DNA of 27,448 bases from IMG/VR virus record IMGVR_UViG_2558860288_000005, one strand, 5' to 3'. Both the position numbers and the translations under genes were made by a program. Below are positions 8,238-17,828 of the stretch, piece by piece. How positions within the stretch are numbered: position 1 is the first letter of the stretch; each line of letters starts with the position of its first letter. Below the pieces are notes generated by a model that saw nothing but the letters and a program-made list of their open reading frames with translations, made no database searches and had not been told where the DNA came from. The stretch comes from a virus (taxonomy: Duplodnaviria; Heunggongvirae; Uroviricota; Caudoviricetes).

Positions 8238-9340
8238 TTTCACTCCTCAAAGGCCGTTACGCTGATTTTGGACCTACGTTTGCGTGCGAAAAATTGCGCG
8301 AGATACACGGTTTATCTTTATCCGTTGAAACTCTCAGAAAGTGGATGATAGAAGAGGGGTTATGGCGTGAACGCCGTCGTAAAATTGCCCGTATATATCA
8401 ACGCCGCATGCGACGACCATCTTACGGTGAACTGATCCAGATTGATGGCTCACCTCATGACTGGTTTGAAAATCGAGGCCCCAGATGTACACTGATCGTT
8501 TTCATTGATGATGCCACCAGTGCGTTGATGGCGTTGCGTTTTGTGCCTGCTGAAACAACCCGGGCTTACATGGAAACCCTCCGGGGTTACCTTAATGATC
8601 ATGGCGTACCGCTCGCTCTCTACTCTGATAGACACAGTATATTCAGGGTAAATAACCCAGAGCGGGAAGGTGAGCTGACCCAGTTCACTCGTGCGATAAA
8701 GACACTGGGCATCGAGCCAATCCATGCCAACAGCCCGCAGGCAAAAGGGCGGGTAGAGCGCGCCAATCAGACACTACAGGACAGGCTGGTCAAAGAAATG
8801 CGGCTTCAGAATATCAGTGATATTGAAACAGCAAATGCATGGTTGCCGACCTTTATTGAAGCCTATAACAACCGGTTCGCTACGTCGCCTCGTACTACTG
8901 ATAATGCTCATCTTGATGTGCACCATTCTGAAGAGGAACTGGGTTATATCTTCAGCCTACAGGCGAAGCGCGTTCTGTCTAAAAATCTCACTTTCCAGTA
9001 CAAAAGCAGTGCGTTTCAGGTACGCAGTGAGGGCCGGGGATATCGACTTAGGCATTCGGTTGTTACTGTATGCGAGAACTTTGACGGTGAAATTAACGTT
9101 CTGTATGACGGGAAAGCGCTGGGCTGGGAAAAGTATGTTGATGGCCCGGAGCCTATACCACTGGATGATGAAAAGAGTGTCCATGAACGAGTGGATAATG
9201 CCCGTATTGATTTACGCTCAAAATACTATGTTAAACCTAAAGCTGACCATCCCTGGCTTACGCGCCGAACGCAAAGTCATCAGCAAGTTAAGCCCCCGAA
9301 GTTACCTAAAAAGAAGCCTGATCCCGATAAAAAAGATTGA
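8138..9340 (+). mobile_element. DDE integrase-core (rve-type) transposase gene, IS481/ISNCY-like, apparently 5'-truncated; homologous to the K-12 ydfW/ydfX (intK) remnants
   Basis: 400-aa ORF from a GTG; in-frame upstream peptide ...SIRQVKRLVQRYRNEGPSGLVSHRRGKR resembles a transposase HTH but has no ATG; integrase-core motifs IDGSPHDWF, ALYSDRHSIF, GRVERANQTLQ. IS ends not identified. Confidence 0.65.
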
Positions 9341-9734
9341 AACCAAGATCGATTCGGTTGAGTGCATATCCATTCATAGGGTAGATTCTTAAGTCGCGTT
9401 TCTGGTGTTCATTTTCGGGTGGTTTGTTACTTGTTTTACCGGGGATATGCCAGAAACGCGCTGAGTCAGTCTGGGCGGTGCGCGTAATGAGGCGTTATGG
9501 TAAATAGCCTATGCTAATGTCCGCTAAGAGCAAGAAGCGGAAGTTGGCAGTTTTGTGGACTGTCCCCACAAAAGTGACTACAGAAATAGTTGCAATTCAT
9601 AATTGATCATGGGTTGTCAGTTAAACTCGTGGCGATTTAAATAGACTAATTGGGAGTGCGTCCATTACTTATATCTTGTAATGTTAACTATCAGAAATGA
9701 TACAAAGATAATATGTCTTTAAAGAAAAGGCTGA

Positions 9735-9762
9735 TGGCGAAAAGTGGCCCGATGAGGGCCAC
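9735..9762 (-). terminator. Probable intrinsic terminator of flxA
   Basis: Stem GTGGCCC/GGGCCAC (9744-9750 / 9756-9762) with 5-nt loop, followed on the minus strand by a TTTT run, just past the flxA stop. Confidence 0.45.
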
Positions 9763-9776
9763 AATACGGCTGTCAC

Positions 9777-10109
9777 TTAGACGTAAATATCAATGGTGCC
9801 AGCGGTATTTGTATCGTCTTTTTTCTCTTCTTTTTTATCAGGCTGAACTGTCGCGTCTTCATTCTTTTTCTCTGCCTGCTGCCTTAACAACTGCTCCAGT
9901 TGAGCCCAGAGGCTTTCAATTTGCTTCTGTACCAATGCAGCCATTTCTTTTTTCTGCTGTGTCGTCATCCCCTCTTCCGATGAGATTTTCCCAAGCTTTT
10001 CAGTCAGCACCTGAATTTGTCTTGTGATTTTGGCTATTTCTGATGTTCCTTCCGGGGCGGAGTTGTTTGAAATAACGGTTGAGGTATTTCCCTGAATTGT
10101 GACAGACAT
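9777..10109 (-). CDS. flxA: FlxA (FliA-regulated prophage protein, 110 aa)
   Basis: 110-aa ORF MSVTIQGNTSTVISNNSAPEGTSEIAKITRQ...; a sigma-28 consensus promoter lies immediately upstream. Confidence 0.85.
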   Translation of the reverse strand: MSVTIQGNTSTVISNNSAPEGTSEIAKITRQIQVLTEKLGKISSEEGMTTQQKKEMAALVQKQIESLWAQLEQLLRQQAEKKNEDATVQPDKKEEKKDDTNTAGTIDIYV

Positions 10110-10132
10110 AGATTTCTCCTTTTAAAAAAGCA

Positions 10133-10159
10133 CTATCGGCATGCACAAAAAAATCTTTA
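10133..10159 (-). promoter_or_regulatory. Sigma-28 (FliA) promoter of flxA
   Basis: Minus strand reads TAAAGATT-N11-GCCGATAG, a close match to TAAAGTTT-N11-GCCGATAA, about 25-50 nt upstream of the flxA ATG. Confidence 0.6.
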
Positions 10160-10311
10160 ATCGTATTTCTTGTGTCATTAATTGTTTGATGTTCAGATTG
10201 TTTTCCTCGCGGGCTGGCGCGCCTCAGAAAGTAAAGCTTGTTGACAGGGGTAAACGTTCGGCAATAATTTTCTGCCGCATGCGGGTGTTGCATAAAACGT
10301 GTTACGTTCCT

Positions 10312-10617
10312 TTATCGACAGGTCAGGTCACCGCTCACCCGCCGACGAGAAAGCAACACTGACATGCTAAAGCAAAAAATAGATGAATAAGTTGAGTTGT
10401 GCATATGTAGCCTGACCGTCACAAAGTATATGGTGTCTGTACCAGTAAGATGATGGCCGGACTCTTTAAAAACGAGCTGACCTGCACAATACAGGATGGA
10501 CTTAGCAATGGCTGCTCCTGGCACAAAGCGGACAGTGATCACCGTTCTTACGACTACTTTCTGACTTCCTTCGTGACTTGCCCTAAGCATGTTGTAGTGC
10601 GATACTTGTAATGACAT
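10312..10617 (-). CDS. ydfV: Hypothetical protein, YdfV-like (101 aa)
   Basis: ORF at the K-12 ydfV position between flxA and relB; no recognisable domain and it overlaps the relBE operator region, so coding status is uncertain. Confidence 0.35.
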   Translation of the reverse strand: MSLQVSHYNMLRASHEGSQKVVVRTVITVRFVPGAAIAKSILYCAGQLVFKESGHHLTGTDTIYFVTVRLHMHNSTYSSIFCFSMSVLLSRRRVSGDLTCR

Positions 10618-10632
10618 TTGTAATTACAAGAG
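10600..10632 (+). promoter_or_regulatory. relBE promoter/operator (relO) with TTGTAAT / ATTACAA inverted hexads
   Basis: CTTGTAATGACATTTGTAATTACAAG directly upstream of the relB start codon and its AGAGGTG Shine-Dalgarno. Confidence 0.6.
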
Positions 10633-10641
10633 GTGTAAGAC

Positions 10642-10881
10642 ATGGGTAGCATTAACCTGCGTATTGACGATGAACTTAAAGCGCGTTCTTACGCCGCGCT
10701 TGAAAAAATGGGTGTAACTCCTTCTGAAGCGCTTCGTCTCATGCTCGAGTATATCGCTGACAATGAACGCTTGCCGTTCAAACAGACACTCCTGAGTGAT
10801 GAAGATGCTGAACTTGTGGAGATAGTGAAAGAACGGCTTCGTAATCCTAAGCCAGTACGTGTGACGCTGGATGAACTCTGA
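10642..10881 (+). CDS. relB: RelB antitoxin
   Basis: 79-aa product MGSINLRIDDELKARSYAALEKMGVTPSEALRLMLEYIADNERLPF...; stop overlaps the relE start. Confidence 0.95.
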   Translation: MGSINLRIDDELKARSYAALEKMGVTPSEALRLMLEYIADNERLPFKQTLLSDEDAELVEIVKERLRNPKPVRVTLDEL

Positions 10882-11168
10882 TGGCGTATTTTCTGGATTT
10901 TGACGAGCGGGCACTAAAGGAATGGCGAAAGCTGGGCTCGACGGTACGTGAACAGTTGAAAAAGAAGCTGGTTGAAGTACTTGAGTCACCCCGGATTGAA
11001 GCAAACAAGCTCCGTGGTATGCCTGATTGTTACAAGATTAAGCTCCGGTCTTCAGGCTATCGCCTTGTATACCAGGTTATAGACGAGAAAGTTGTCGTTT
11101 TCGTGATTTCTGTTGGGAAAAGAGAACGCTCGGAAGTATATAGCGAGGCGGTCAAACGCATTCTCTGA
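10881..11168 (+). CDS. relE: RelE mRNA-interferase toxin
   Basis: 95-aa product MAYFLDFDERALKEWRKLGSTVREQLKKKLVEVLESPRIEANKLRGMPDCYKIKLRSSGYRLVYQVIDEKVVVFVISVGKRERSEVY... Confidence 0.95.
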   Translation: MAYFLDFDERALKEWRKLGSTVREQLKKKLVEVLESPRIEANKLRGMPDCYKIKLRSSGYRLVYQVIDEKVVVFVISVGKRERSEVYSEAVKRIL

Positions 11169-11239
11169 ACCAAAGCATGACATCTCTGTTTCGCACCGAA
11201 GGTGACACTTCTGCTTTGCGTTGACAGGAGAAGCAGGCT

Positions 11240-11395
11240 ATGAAGCAGCAAAAGGCGATGTTAATCGCCCTGATCGTCATCTGTTTAACCGTCATAGTGA
11301 CGGCACTGGTAACGAGGAAAGACCTCTGCGAGGTACGAATCCGAACCGGCCAGACGGAGGTCGCTGTCTTCACAGCTTACGAACCTGAGGAGTAA
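11240..11395 (+). CDS. hokD: Hok-family membrane toxin HokD/RelF (51 aa)
   Basis: Below the track cut-off; my translation gives MKQQKAMLIALIVICLTVIVTALVTRKDLCEVRIRTGQTEVAVFTAYEPEE; directly downstream of relE. Confidence 0.9.
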   Translation: MKQQKAMLIALIVICLTVIVTALVTRKDLCEVRIRTGQTEVAVFTAYEPEE

Positions 11396-11463
11396 GAGAC
11401 CCGGCGGGGGAGAAATCCCTCGCCACCTCTGATGTGGCAGGCATCCTCAACGCACCCGCACTT

Positions 11464-11490
11464 AACCCGCTTCGGCGGGTTTTTGTTTTT
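11464..11490 (+). terminator. Intrinsic terminator after hokD
   Basis: AACCCGC-TTCG-GCGGG followed by TTTTTGTTTTT. Confidence 0.6.
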
Positions 11491-11611
11491 ATTTTCAACG
11501 CGTTTGAAGTTCTGGACGGTGCCGGAATAGAATCAAAAATACTTAAGTAGCGCGCAGGGATAAGAGGGATGGTCCCTTAAAGGGGAGAGCTAATTATCCG
11601 GAAGGATTCTG

Positions 11612-12328
11612 ATGATGAACATCGAAGAACTGCGTAAAATTTTTTGTGAAGATGGCCTCTATGCTGTGTGCGTTGAAATGGCAGCGCAGGGGATGGTGCA
11701 GTCGAAAGCACCACTTGGGTTGGCCTTATTTCTGGCAAAAGTTGGTCTTCAGGACCCTCAGTTTGCGATTGAAGGCCTGCTAAATTACGCGATGGCACTG
11801 GATAACCCGACATTGAACAAATTGAGTGAAGAAATCCGGTTACAGATTATTCCTTACCTCGTGAGTTTTGCCTTTGCTGATTACTCCAGGTCTGCGGCAA
11901 GTAAGGCTCGCTGTGAGCATTGTTCAGGTACGGGATTTTATAATGTATTGCGCGAAGTGGTGAAACACTACAGACGCGGGGAATCTGTAATCAAGGAAGA
12001 ATGGGTGAAGGAACTATGTCAGCATTGCCATGGTAAGGGCGAAGCCAGCACAGCGTGCAGAGGGTGTAAGGGTAAAGGGATTGTTCTGGATGAAAAAAGA
12101 ACCCGGTTTCATGGCGTACCGGTATATAAGATTTGTGGGCGTTGTAATGGAAACCGGTTTAGTCGTTTACCGACCACGCTGGCACGACGTCATGTCCAGA
12201 AGCTGGTACCAGACCTGACCGATTATCAGTGGTATAAGGGGTATGCGGACGTCATTGGTAAACTGGTAACAAAGTGCTGGCAGGAAGAAGCATACGCGGA
12301 AGCGCAATTGAGGAAGGTGACGAGATAA
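11612..12328 (+). CDS. quuQ: Late-gene antitermination protein Q (Cys-rich zinc-binding Q family)
   Basis: 238-aa ORF with CxxC clusters (CEHCSGTG, CQHCHGKG, CRGCKGKG, CGRCNG); located upstream of the late/lysis region. Confidence 0.85.
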   Translation: MMNIEELRKIFCEDGLYAVCVEMAAQGMVQSKAPLGLALFLAKVGLQDPQFAIEGLLNYAMALDNPTLNKLSEEIRLQIIPYLVSFAFADYSRSAASKARCEHCSGTGFYNVLREVVKHYRRGESVIKEEWVKELCQHCHGKGEASTACRGCKGKGIVLDEKRTRFHGVPVYKICGRCNGNRFSRLPTTLARRHVQKLVPDLTDYQWYKGYADVIGKLVTKCWQEEAYAEAQLRKVTR

Positions 12329-12359
12329 ATGATTTTTGCTGAAGATGGCGACATGATGT

Positions 12360-12388
12360 TTGCATTTTTCAAAAAATATGGATAAAAT
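12360..12388 (+). promoter_or_regulatory. Candidate late promoter (PR'-like) downstream of Q: TTGCAT-17 bp-TAAAAT
   Basis: -35/-10 hexamers with 17-bp spacing, 30 bp after the Q stop and about 50 nt before an intrinsic terminator. Confidence 0.4.
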
Positions 12389-12435
12389 TTTTTCAACGAT
12401 GGGCTTTGTATACCCGACGTTAAGAAAAAGTAGAA

Positions 12436-12460
12436 AACCCGCTGATGAGCGGGTTTTGTG
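12436..12460 (+). terminator. Intrinsic terminator (tR'-like) downstream of the Q-side promoter
   Basis: ACCCGC-TGATGA-GCGGGT followed by TTTTGTGCTTT. Confidence 0.5.
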
Positions 12461-12749
12461 CTTTAAATGGGGCAATGGTAATGTTGAATCTCATCCCGGG
12501 ACTCATGTCTGTTAACTTATTATTTAGCTGGTGACTTGGTTATTTGCCTGATGTTTAAAATGTTTTCTTCCAGTACAATGTCCCTAAACACAATGAGTCT
12601 GCTTATTATATTATTAGCAGAGCTATTACGGCCAAAGTACAGCATAAGCTTTTAAAGCCAATCAACCAGTCATCAAGACAGACGGGGTTATTCATAAAAA
12701 CTCTCCATGTGTGATCCGATGGGGCCTGAAATTAAAGCTTTAATATAGC

Positions 12750-12962
12750 TCATGAAAGGTAAACATTGGCAGCTGAAGGGCCACGCAGACCATTTATCCG
12801 GCAAAATTCCACGCGTAATCCGGTGGTAATTTCTTCTGCATCGCGGAGATTGAGCGCTGAAACATGAAGCTGGACATCGATACGACCATCGGATGGGGTG
12901 ATAAGACCCTTGCCGCTTTTGCCGTCAAAGGTTTTGACAATTCCTGTCATTTTACGGGACAA
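12750..12962 (-). CDS. cspF: Cold-shock protein family (CspA-like) paralog
   Basis: 70-aa [29 protein letters not shown]... with the cold-shock-domain fold signature. Confidence 0.9.
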
Positions 12963-13262
12963 AAAAATTCCTTAATACTGATAACTTGGCGCACTATACA
13001 CACGTTCCTGAAGAAAGCTATAGTTTTTTGATGGGGTTGAAGATGGCTGGATGTCTAAAATAAACATTGCTTCATATGTTCAACTATGCGTTAATGATTG
13101 CGTCGGTTTGAAGAACAGACGATATACGAAGTAGTTTACTAAAGCAGTTCTCATTTCAGGTGTTATTCACTTATTCCTTCTTTGAGTCTCTCCAATTAAG
13201 TACGAAGTCGTTTCTGTTATGCAAACCATTTATGCCGAAAGGCTCAAGTTAAGGAATGTAGA

Positions 13263-13478
13263 ATGTCAAATAAAATGACTGGTTTAGTAAAATGGTTTAA
13301 CGCTGATAAAGGTTTCGGCTTTATTTCTCCTGTTGATGGTAGTAAAGATGTGTTTGTGCATTTTTCTGCGATTCAGAATGATAATTATCGAACCTTATTT
13401 GAAGGTCAAAAGGTTACCTTCTCTATAGAGAGTGGTGCTAAAGGTCCTGCAGCAGCAAATGTCATCATTACTGATTAA
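13263..13478 (+). CDS. cspB: Cold-shock protein CspB
   Basis: 71-aa [41 protein letters not shown]... (RNP1/RNP2 motifs); long 5' leader typical of cold-shock genes. Confidence 0.9.
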   Translation: MSNKMTGLVKWFNADKGFGFISPVDGSKDVFVHFSAIQNDNYRTLFEGQKVTFSIESGAKGPAAANVIITD

Positions 13479-13760
13479 AATTCATCGCTCGTCCGTATAC
13501 GATAACGAAGAAGGCTGATGCCTGAGTAGAGATACGGACAGAGTAGTGAATATTGGATCTCTTTAATAAAAAGTAAGGAGGTCCAATACATGAAACAATG
13601 GCTAGCATATTTGGCAAAATCTTAATCAGGAAAAGTATGCTAACCATTGTGGTGAAGTGCAGGTTTGCTGCATGAATAGTTTTACAGCAGAAGCTAACTG
13701 CTGGCATGGCAAAACAAAGTGCGTAAGTGGATGACTCCCACAAAAAGCACCACAATCTCA

Positions 13761-13784
13761 AACCCGCTCAGGCGGGTTTTTTAT
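13761..13784 (+). terminator. Intrinsic terminator downstream of cspB
   Basis: AACCCGC-TCAG-GCGGG followed by TTTTTT. Confidence 0.55.
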
Positions 13785-13841
13785 TATCTGCTTTAAATAT
13801 ATTATTAAAATATAAAAAATACTTGTTACTAATAAAATCAA

Positions 13842-14012
13842 TCAGGCTACAGCTTTAAGATTTGTCTGGAATACTTTGTTGCAATGAGGGCAGATCAAAA
13901 GGGCACCTTTTTGTACTCTTGAAAAACTGTGTTCTGACTCTTGGGTGCAGTTTGGGCAGGAACATTTAACGAGATAATTACGGCGTGATTTTGAGTTTTT
14001 ACGTTCTGACAT
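13842..14012 (-). CDS. Small zinc-ribbon protein (56 aa; CxCPxC...CPHC), possibly YnfU-like
   Basis: Internal ATG at 14012 of the 73-aa track ORF, preceded by AGGAAAAG; gives MSERKNSKSRRNYLVKCSCPNCTQESEHSFSRVQKGALLICPHCNKVFQTNLKAVA. Confidence 0.5.
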   Translation of the reverse strand: MSERKNSKSRRNYLVKCSCPNCTQESEHSFSRVQKGALLICPHCNKVFQTNLKAVA

Positions 14013-14231
14013 AGGCTTTTCCTGTATAAATGGCCGTATACAGTACACTAAATATGAAAACATTTCTCGTATTATTATTTTATATATGACTTTCTTTCAA
14101 AATAATTACCCACATTTTTAATGTGTATGTTTTTTTAGCGCCGTTGAGAACAACGTGTGCTGTCAAAACTACCCCGTAGACTCCGATCTTTTCAAACATA
14201 TTGCACCATCCGTGTACATCGGGGTGAGGAT

Positions 14232-14447
14232 ATGAAATCAATGGATAAGTTAACAACAGGTGTTGCCTATGGCACATCGGCGGGTAATGCTGGTTTCTGG
14301 GCATTGCAGTTACTCGATAAAGTAACTCCGTCACAGTGGGCTGCAATCGGTGTGCTGGGTAGCCTGGTTTTTGGCCTGCTGACGTATCTGACAAATCTTT
14401 ATTTCAAGATTAAAGAAGACAGGCGTAAGGCTGCGAGAGGAGAGTAA
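14232..14447 (+). CDS. essQ: Class II holin (phage 21 S21-type pinholin) with MKSM dual-start motif
   Basis: [71 protein letters not shown] (71 aa), two transmembrane segments, strongly similar to S21 as I recall it. Confidence 0.85.
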   Translation: MKSMDKLTTGVAYGTSAGNAGFWALQLLDKVTPSQWAAIGVLGSLVFGLLTYLTNLYFKIKEDRRKAARGE

Positions 14448-14451
14448 TCCA

Positions 14452-14759
14452 ATGACTCAAGACTATGAACTGGTTGTGAAAGGAGTCCGTAATTTTGAGA
14501 ATAAAGTTACGGTAACTGTAGCCTTACAGGACAAAGAACGCTTTGACGGTGAAATTTTTGACCTGGATGTCGCCATGGACCGTGTTGAAGGAGCTGCGCT
14601 GGAGTTTTATGAGGCAGCAGCCAGAAGGAGCGTCCGGCAAGTCTTCCTGGAAGTAGCAGAAAAATTGTCAGAAAAAGTTGAGTCTTATCTGCAGCATCAG
14701 TACTCCTTTAAGATTGAAAATCCTGCCAATAAGCACGAGCGTCCTCATCATAAATATCT

Positions 14760-14763
<4 letters not shown>
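14452..14763 (+). CDS. ydfR: YdfR-like protein of unknown function, inserted between holin and endolysin
   Basis: 103-aa ORF tightly packed between essQ and the lysozyme gene (stop overlaps the lysozyme start). Confidence 0.75.
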
Positions 14764-15787
<1,024 letters not shown>

Positions 15788-16149
15788 GGTAATATTAAAT
15801 CGGAACATTTACATCGCGGAATGTAAAATTTAAATAAAAAGGACTCTTCCATGAGCCAAAATTCCTGAAATCTTAAGGGTAAGATAAAAGGTCTTAATCA
15901 GAATGACACGTTTTATTAATAAATAAAGCTATTCTTTCATTGCTGTGTTTTTCTTTACAAAAGTAATCCTTGCTATGGGTGGTTAATCATGCGTTAATGG
16001 TGTTCTGGTTTGTTACAAATTTATCTGAAGCAGTCATTGTTATAATTTTATTATTTGTACCTCTTGAGATTTCCTTGTTGGTTTTTCTCTCTGATATTTT
16101 TTTTCGGACCATTCTGCCCAAGGGCTAATTTCTTCAAAAGGTAATAATT

Positions 16150-16362
16150 ATGTCTAACAAAATGACTGGTTTAGTGAAATGGTTTAACCCTGAAAAAGGT
16201 TTTGGTTTCATCACGCCGAAAGATGGCAGCAAAGATGTGTTTGTCCATTTCTCAGCAATTCAGAGCAACGATTTCAAAACATTAACTGAGAATCAGGAAG
16301 TTGAATTTGGTATTGAGAACGGACCTAAAGGTCCTGCCGCTGTTCATGTAGTGGCGCTTTGA
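16150..16362 (+). CDS. cspI: Cold-shock protein CspI
   Basis: 70-aa [48 protein letters not shown]... Confidence 0.9.
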   Translation: MSNKMTGLVKWFNPEKGFGFITPKDGSKDVFVHFSAIQSNDFKTLTENQEVEFGIENGPKGPAAVHVVAL

Positions 16363-16372
16363 GGTAGACAAT

Positions 16373-16561
16373 ATTACAAACCATATTCACTTTAGATGCC
16401 CGTGTTGTCATGGTTCCCAGTATAGAACATCATCTTTTGATGTTTCTGACATGAATCCTTTCGGGGCAAAATGTATCTTTTGTAAATCAATGATGATTAC
16501 ATTTGATAATATTTCACAATACTTAAATGCCAGCCGTCTGTCGTTGGATTTAAAAAAGTGA
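16373..16561 (+). CDS. Putative small zinc-ribbon ORF (CPCC...CIFC) downstream of cspI, YnfN-like; start codon uncertain
   Basis: Open frame 16352-16561 encodes ...HIHFRCPCCHGSQYRTSSFDVSDMNPFGAKCIFCKSMMITFDNISQYLNASRLSLDLKK; only in-frame ATG is at 16451, but GAGGT at 16360-16364 sits 8 nt before an ATT codon at 16373; intrinsic terminator right after the stop. Confidence 0.3.
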   Translation: MTNHIHFRCPCCHGSQYRTSSFDVSDMNPFGAKCIFCKSMMITFDNISQYLNASRLSLDLKK

Positions 16562-16568
16562 AAATGAA

Positions 16569-16589
16569 GGCTCCTTCGGGAGCTTTTTT
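16569..16589 (+). terminator. Intrinsic terminator after the cspI/zinc-ribbon unit
   Basis: GGCTCC-TTCG-GGAGC followed by TTTTTT. Confidence 0.55.
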
Positions 16590-16633
16590 GCTTGGTGTCT
16601 ATTCGATGGATACTCACATACTACGGTAACATC

Positions 16634-16864
16634 ATGAAAAAAATCATAGTTTTTTTTAACTCTGAACCAGCAGTGGTAGTGCCAGCGATGACTGGAGTTA
16701 ACACCATCATGCGTGAATATCCAAATGGCGAAAAAACACACCTTACTGTAATGGCCGCAGGGTTTCCATCTCTGACCGGAGATCATAAAGTCATTTATGT
16801 AGCCGCGGATCGACATGTTACTTCAGAAGAAATTCTGGAAGCAGCAATAAGGCTCTTGAGTTGA
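16634..16864 (+). CDS. Hypothetical small protein (76 aa)
   Basis: Internal ATG at 16634 of the 16592 track ORF (MKKIIVFFNSEPAVVVPAMTG...); no domain recognised. Confidence 0.45.
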   Translation: MKKIIVFFNSEPAVVVPAMTGVNTIMREYPNGEKTHLTVMAAGFPSLTGDHKVIYVAADRHVTSEEILEAAIRLLS

Positions 16865-17035
16865 TTTGATGCTATTGCATTGATAATTCAGGAAAATTCT
16901 CTTTGTCTGTTTGTGTAAAATTTAGACTATCGTATGTTGATTATTGCGATGTTTCATCTTATCTTTTACACGTTTGCACCATATAATCGACTTACTGTGT
17001 AACTGGAAAGTCATAACAGACTAAAAGAGGAAATG

Positions 17036-17209
17036 ATGAATATTGAAAACTTAAAAACAAAAGCAGAAGCAGATATTTCTGAATATATAACAAAAAAAAT
17101 TATTGAACTTAAGAAAAAGACCGGGAAAGAAGTTACCAGTATTCAGTTTACCGCACGGGAAAAAATGACGGGTCTTGAAAGCTATGATGTCAAGATTAAT
17201 TTAATCTGA
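17036..17209 (+). CDS. gnsB: GnsA/GnsB-family small protein (57 aa)
   Basis: Below the track cut-off; my translation gives MNIENLKTKAEADISEYITKKIIELKKKTGKEVTSIQFTAREKMTGLESYDVKINLI with AGAGG Shine-Dalgarno at 17026-17030. Confidence 0.8.
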   Translation: MNIENLKTKAEADISEYITKKIIELKKKTGKEVTSIQFTAREKMTGLESYDVKINLI

Positions 17210-17360
17210 TGTATTCAATAATAAAATTTATCCATAAACCTCGTTTTTACGGGGTTTTGTTATATTTGAATGGTTCCGAATATCTAAATCACAATTGTTG
17301 ATGGTTTTTATTAAACCAATGCAGTCCGGCTCAGGAGTGAGAGAAGCCGGACGTTATGGT

Positions 17361-17771
17361 TTAGCGTGGTAAGATCTGTGTAGTTTTCTGGATGCTTTCA
17401 GTAAATAGTAATGAATTATCAAAGGTATAGTAATATCTTTTTTGTTCGTGGATATTTGTAACCCACCGAAAAACTCCTGCTTTAGCAAGGTTTCTTCTGT
17501 ATTCCTGAAATGTGATCTCTCTGGATTTCAGCTTATTAGAGGTCGTTTCTATAAGATGCCTATCCTTTGAAAATTTGACAGACACAATGTTTTTTAGGCC
17601 CTTTAATAACACTGTATTATCATTTTTTAATACAATATGAACATTCTCTGTGGCTAAATAGTAAATGTAATGTGAGACATTGTGACGTTTTAGCTCAGAA
17701 TAAAACCATTGATAGTTTAAATCGTTTCGAACTTTATCAAATATTTGTTTAAAAATGACTACCTGATCCAT
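17361..17771 (-). CDS. ydfO: DUF1398-family protein YdfO (136 aa)
   Basis: Internal start [45 protein letters not shown]... within the 141-aa track ORF. Confidence 0.8.
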
Positions 17772-17828
17772 AGATAAACCTTCCATGTGATATGAGGGGG
17801 CGTAGTCTGCACGATTATCTAAATTGCT

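Noticed and set aside
8450-9392. ORFs of 91 and 191 aa overlapping the transposase gene
   Set aside because: Alternative-frame or antisense to the 400-aa integrase-core ORF; no independent start signals.
9713-10362. ORFs 9713..10027 (+), 10000..10293 (-), 10141..10362 (+)
   Set aside because: They overlap flxA or its sigma-28 promoter with no ribosome-binding site; not called as genes.
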